Positions 27,087 through 28,989 of a DNA stretch of 28,989 bases are shown in pieces. This stretch comes from an uncultured Oligoflexus sp. (GTDB taxonomy: Bacteria > Bdellovibrionota_B > Oligoflexia > Oligoflexales > Oligoflexaceae), in assembly GCA_964236955.1 (NCBI GenBank), contig CAXSGP010000059.1:1-28989 (forward strand), written 5' to 3'. Each line of letters begins with the position of its first letter. The first letter of the stretch is position 1. Both the position numbers and the translations under genes were made by a program. The notes beneath the pieces were generated by a model. The model was not told the origin of the DNA and did not search any database. It was given only the letters and a program-made list of their open reading frames with translations.

Positions 27087-28901
27087 ATGAAGTCACTGAT
27101 TATTTTTGGAATGTTGGGCTTCTTACTCGGTAGCTGTGCAAAGCCGCCAGCGTATCCAGGCGTAAAAAAACCCGATTCCCTAAACGGTGATGCCGGATCA
27201 ACGATAAATCAAGACCCAGAGGAGGAAGGTGGACCAGGAAGTGACCCAGGCGGGTCAAGCCCACTGGATCCTGACAGCTCGCCCTATCTGAATCTCGCCT
27301 GTGCCAATGCCGACACTCATCGCGGTCTTCGCAACTGGCGTCGTTTGAGCCAGATTGAAATGATCAATACGGTGAAGGACGTTTTTCAACTGCCAGAAAG
27401 CGTGAGCCTGAATCAGATCACAAATGATATCCCGAAGCTGATTCCCTTTGATACGGTCGCGGCTCCTGAAACCAATATGGACCTGAACCGCCTTAAAAAC
27501 TATGTGCGCTTCGCCGAGACTGTCAGCCAGGGCTTAAACCTTATGAAATTTTTCCCCTGTCTGGCGGAAAAGGAAAAGTGCGTTCAGCAAAAGACGGCGG
27601 AACTCGCAACACTCGCGTGGCGCCGTCCTGCGCTCGCCGATGAAGTCAGTAAGCTAGTCGACTTGTTCAAGGGATTGAGCGAGGATGGGGTACCCAATGA
27701 ACTTGCTTTCCGCAATGTTATCGAGGCTATTATTCTATCGCCGAACTTCATGTACCGTACCGAACTCGGCATCAAAAATGCAGAGGGGGACTATGTTCTG
27801 AGTTCATGGGAACTCGCATCGGCCCTTTCTTACATGCTGACCCGTCATCCCCCTGATTTAAATTTGCGTGATCTGGCCTCCAAAGACCTGCTAAGAAATC
27901 CAGCGACCCTCAAAGCTCAGGCTGAACGCCTTCTCGCCGATCCGAAATCAAAAGAGGGAATGCGCGATTTCGCCGCTCTCTGGTTTAGTTCGGACAAAAT
28001 CACAAACATCGAAAAGGCGGCAAAAGTATTCAACGACGATGTCAAAACCAAATTAAAGGAAGAGCTGGAAAACAACTTCGTGCATACGATGTTCGACGCT
28101 CAAAACAAGACCTATAAGCAACTGATGTCAGCGGACTATACAGTTGGTGACAAAGCCGTCGGGTTCGTCTACAGCGCGCAACCGGATGCGGAGGGCAAGA
28201 TCAAATTCGCTCAAGCCGGCCGCCGCGGTCTTCTTGGTTTAGGGGGTTTTCTTGCGGCCTATACCTTTGGTGACCTTCCGAATCCAATAACCCGAGGAGT
28301 CTTTATTTCGGAACGATTTCTTTGTACTGATTTTGCCATGCCGCCTGCCGTTATGATTCCACAGCCGAAAGAAGGCCAAAGCAGTCGCGAACGCTTTAAG
28401 ATGCATTCGAATTTCGAGCCCTGCGCAATCTGCCATGTGACGATCGACAACTTAGGCTTCGCAACGGATAACTTTGGCTCCAACGGTGAATACCGTACAA
28501 TGGATGGCACCGAACTGATCGCTCTCAACCAGAAAATTGAACTCGATGGGGTCATGGCGAAGTTAACCAAACCGCAGGATTTGAGCAACGCGCTTGCCAA
28601 CTCGAAGGAAGCCGAGGCCTGTTTCGTTCGCCAGGCTTTCCGCTACTCGATCGGGCGCCTGGAATATGGGGACCATAAAGTTTTAGGGGCGAAGCCAGAA
28701 TTCACCGAAACAGATCAGACAAAACTTGATCAGTGTCAGGTGGATACTGCCCTGGAAGCCATGAACAGGGACGGCGGTAGCTTGAAAAGCGCCTTCCTCT
28801 CCTTCATCACCGATCCCGCATTCCGCATTCGGGTCCCGAACAAAAAGGACCCCAACGGTTTGATGTTACTCGATCATGATTTCAAGAACTCGGCCCACTA
28901 G
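27087..28901 (+). CDS. DUF1592/DUF1588/DUF1595-family (PSD/PSCyt) lipoprotein with one c-type heme motif
   Basis: Lipobox LGSC; RRLS..E..NTV.D, AWRRP, SPNFMYRTE, ELASALSY...PPD, R.GLL, P.ITRG..I..RFLC, CAICH; ATG 27087 after AAGGA. Confidence 0.85.
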   Translation: MKSLIIFGMLGFLLGSCAKPPAYPGVKKPDSLNGDAGSTINQDPEEEGGPGSDPGGSSPLDPDSSPYLNLACANADTHRGLRNWRRLSQIEMINTVKDVFQLPESVSLNQITNDIPKLIPFDTVAAPETNMDLNRLKNYVRFAETVSQGLNLMKFFPCLAEKEKCVQQKTAELATLAWRRPALADEVSKLVDLFKGLSEDGVPNELAFRNVIEAIILSPNFMYRTELGIKNAEGDYVLSSWELASALSYMLTRHPPDLNLRDLASKDLLRNPATLKAQAERLLADPKSKEGMRDFAALWFSSDKITNIEKAAKVFNDDVKTKLKEELENNFVHTMFDAQNKTYKQLMSADYTVGDKAVGFVYSAQPDAEGKIKFAQAGRRGLLGLGGFLAAYTFGDLPNPITRGVFISERFLCTDFAMPPAVMIPQPKEGQSSRERFKMHSNFEPCAICHVTIDNLGFATDNFGSNGEYRTMDGTELIALNQKIELDGVMAKLTKPQDLSNALANSKEAEACFVRQAFRYSIGRLEYGDHKVLGAKPEFTETDQTKLDQCQVDTALEAMNRDGGSLKSAFLSFITDPAFRIRVPNKKDPNGLMLLDHDFKNSAH

Positions 28902-28905
28902 CTAG

Positions 28906-28989
28906 TGCCTGTCCGGGAATGAATTGCTGACTGGGCAAGGGTTTGCGCATTTTTAAGATGACTTTTCCCAAAAATCTACGATTTATTAG
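28906..28989 (+). mobile_element. Possible start of an IS/MITE (terminal repeat), truncated by window end
   Basis: TGCCTGTCCGGGAAT after CTAG differs at 2 positions from the MITE end TGTCTGTCCGGAAAT. Confidence 0.45.

Noticed and set aside
1..28989. CRISPR array, tRNA, rRNA, defence systems
   Set aside because: No regularly spaced repeats, cloverleaf, rRNA-like sequence or recognisable defence genes found by eye.

Overview
A 29 kb bacterial window; the gene mix (DUF1552/DUF1592 pair, ricin-domain secreted protein, KaiC-like cassette) suggests an Oligoflexus-like Bdellovibrionota or myxobacterial relative, which is inference only. Left to right: a crotonase-family enoyl-CoA isomerase; an AT-richer minus-strand three-gene signalling cassette (156-aa orphan, double-domain KaiC-like ATPase, hybrid histidine kinase) next to a decayed IS66 (frameshifted tnpA, nonsense-mutated tnpB); a secreted ricin-B/beta-propeller protein convergent with a GH92 alpha-mannosidase; a metallophosphoesterase lipoprotein; a hemerythrin; housekeeping-type genes (KamA-family radical SAM, Maf, Nth, 2Fe-2S ferredoxin, M17 aminopeptidase, CNNM/HlyC); xylFGH-like sugar ABC transporter; ROK kinase; and a divergent DUF1552 / DUF1592-family pair. 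Beyond the ORF track, a ~115 bp MITE-like repeat occurs twice (14891-15008 with an 8-bp direct repeat; 22697-22805 inverted) with a third terminal repeat at the window end, and a 7-bp inverted site pair could flip the DUF1592 gene into a tight operon with DUF1552. No rRNA, tRNA or CRISPR array was recognised.
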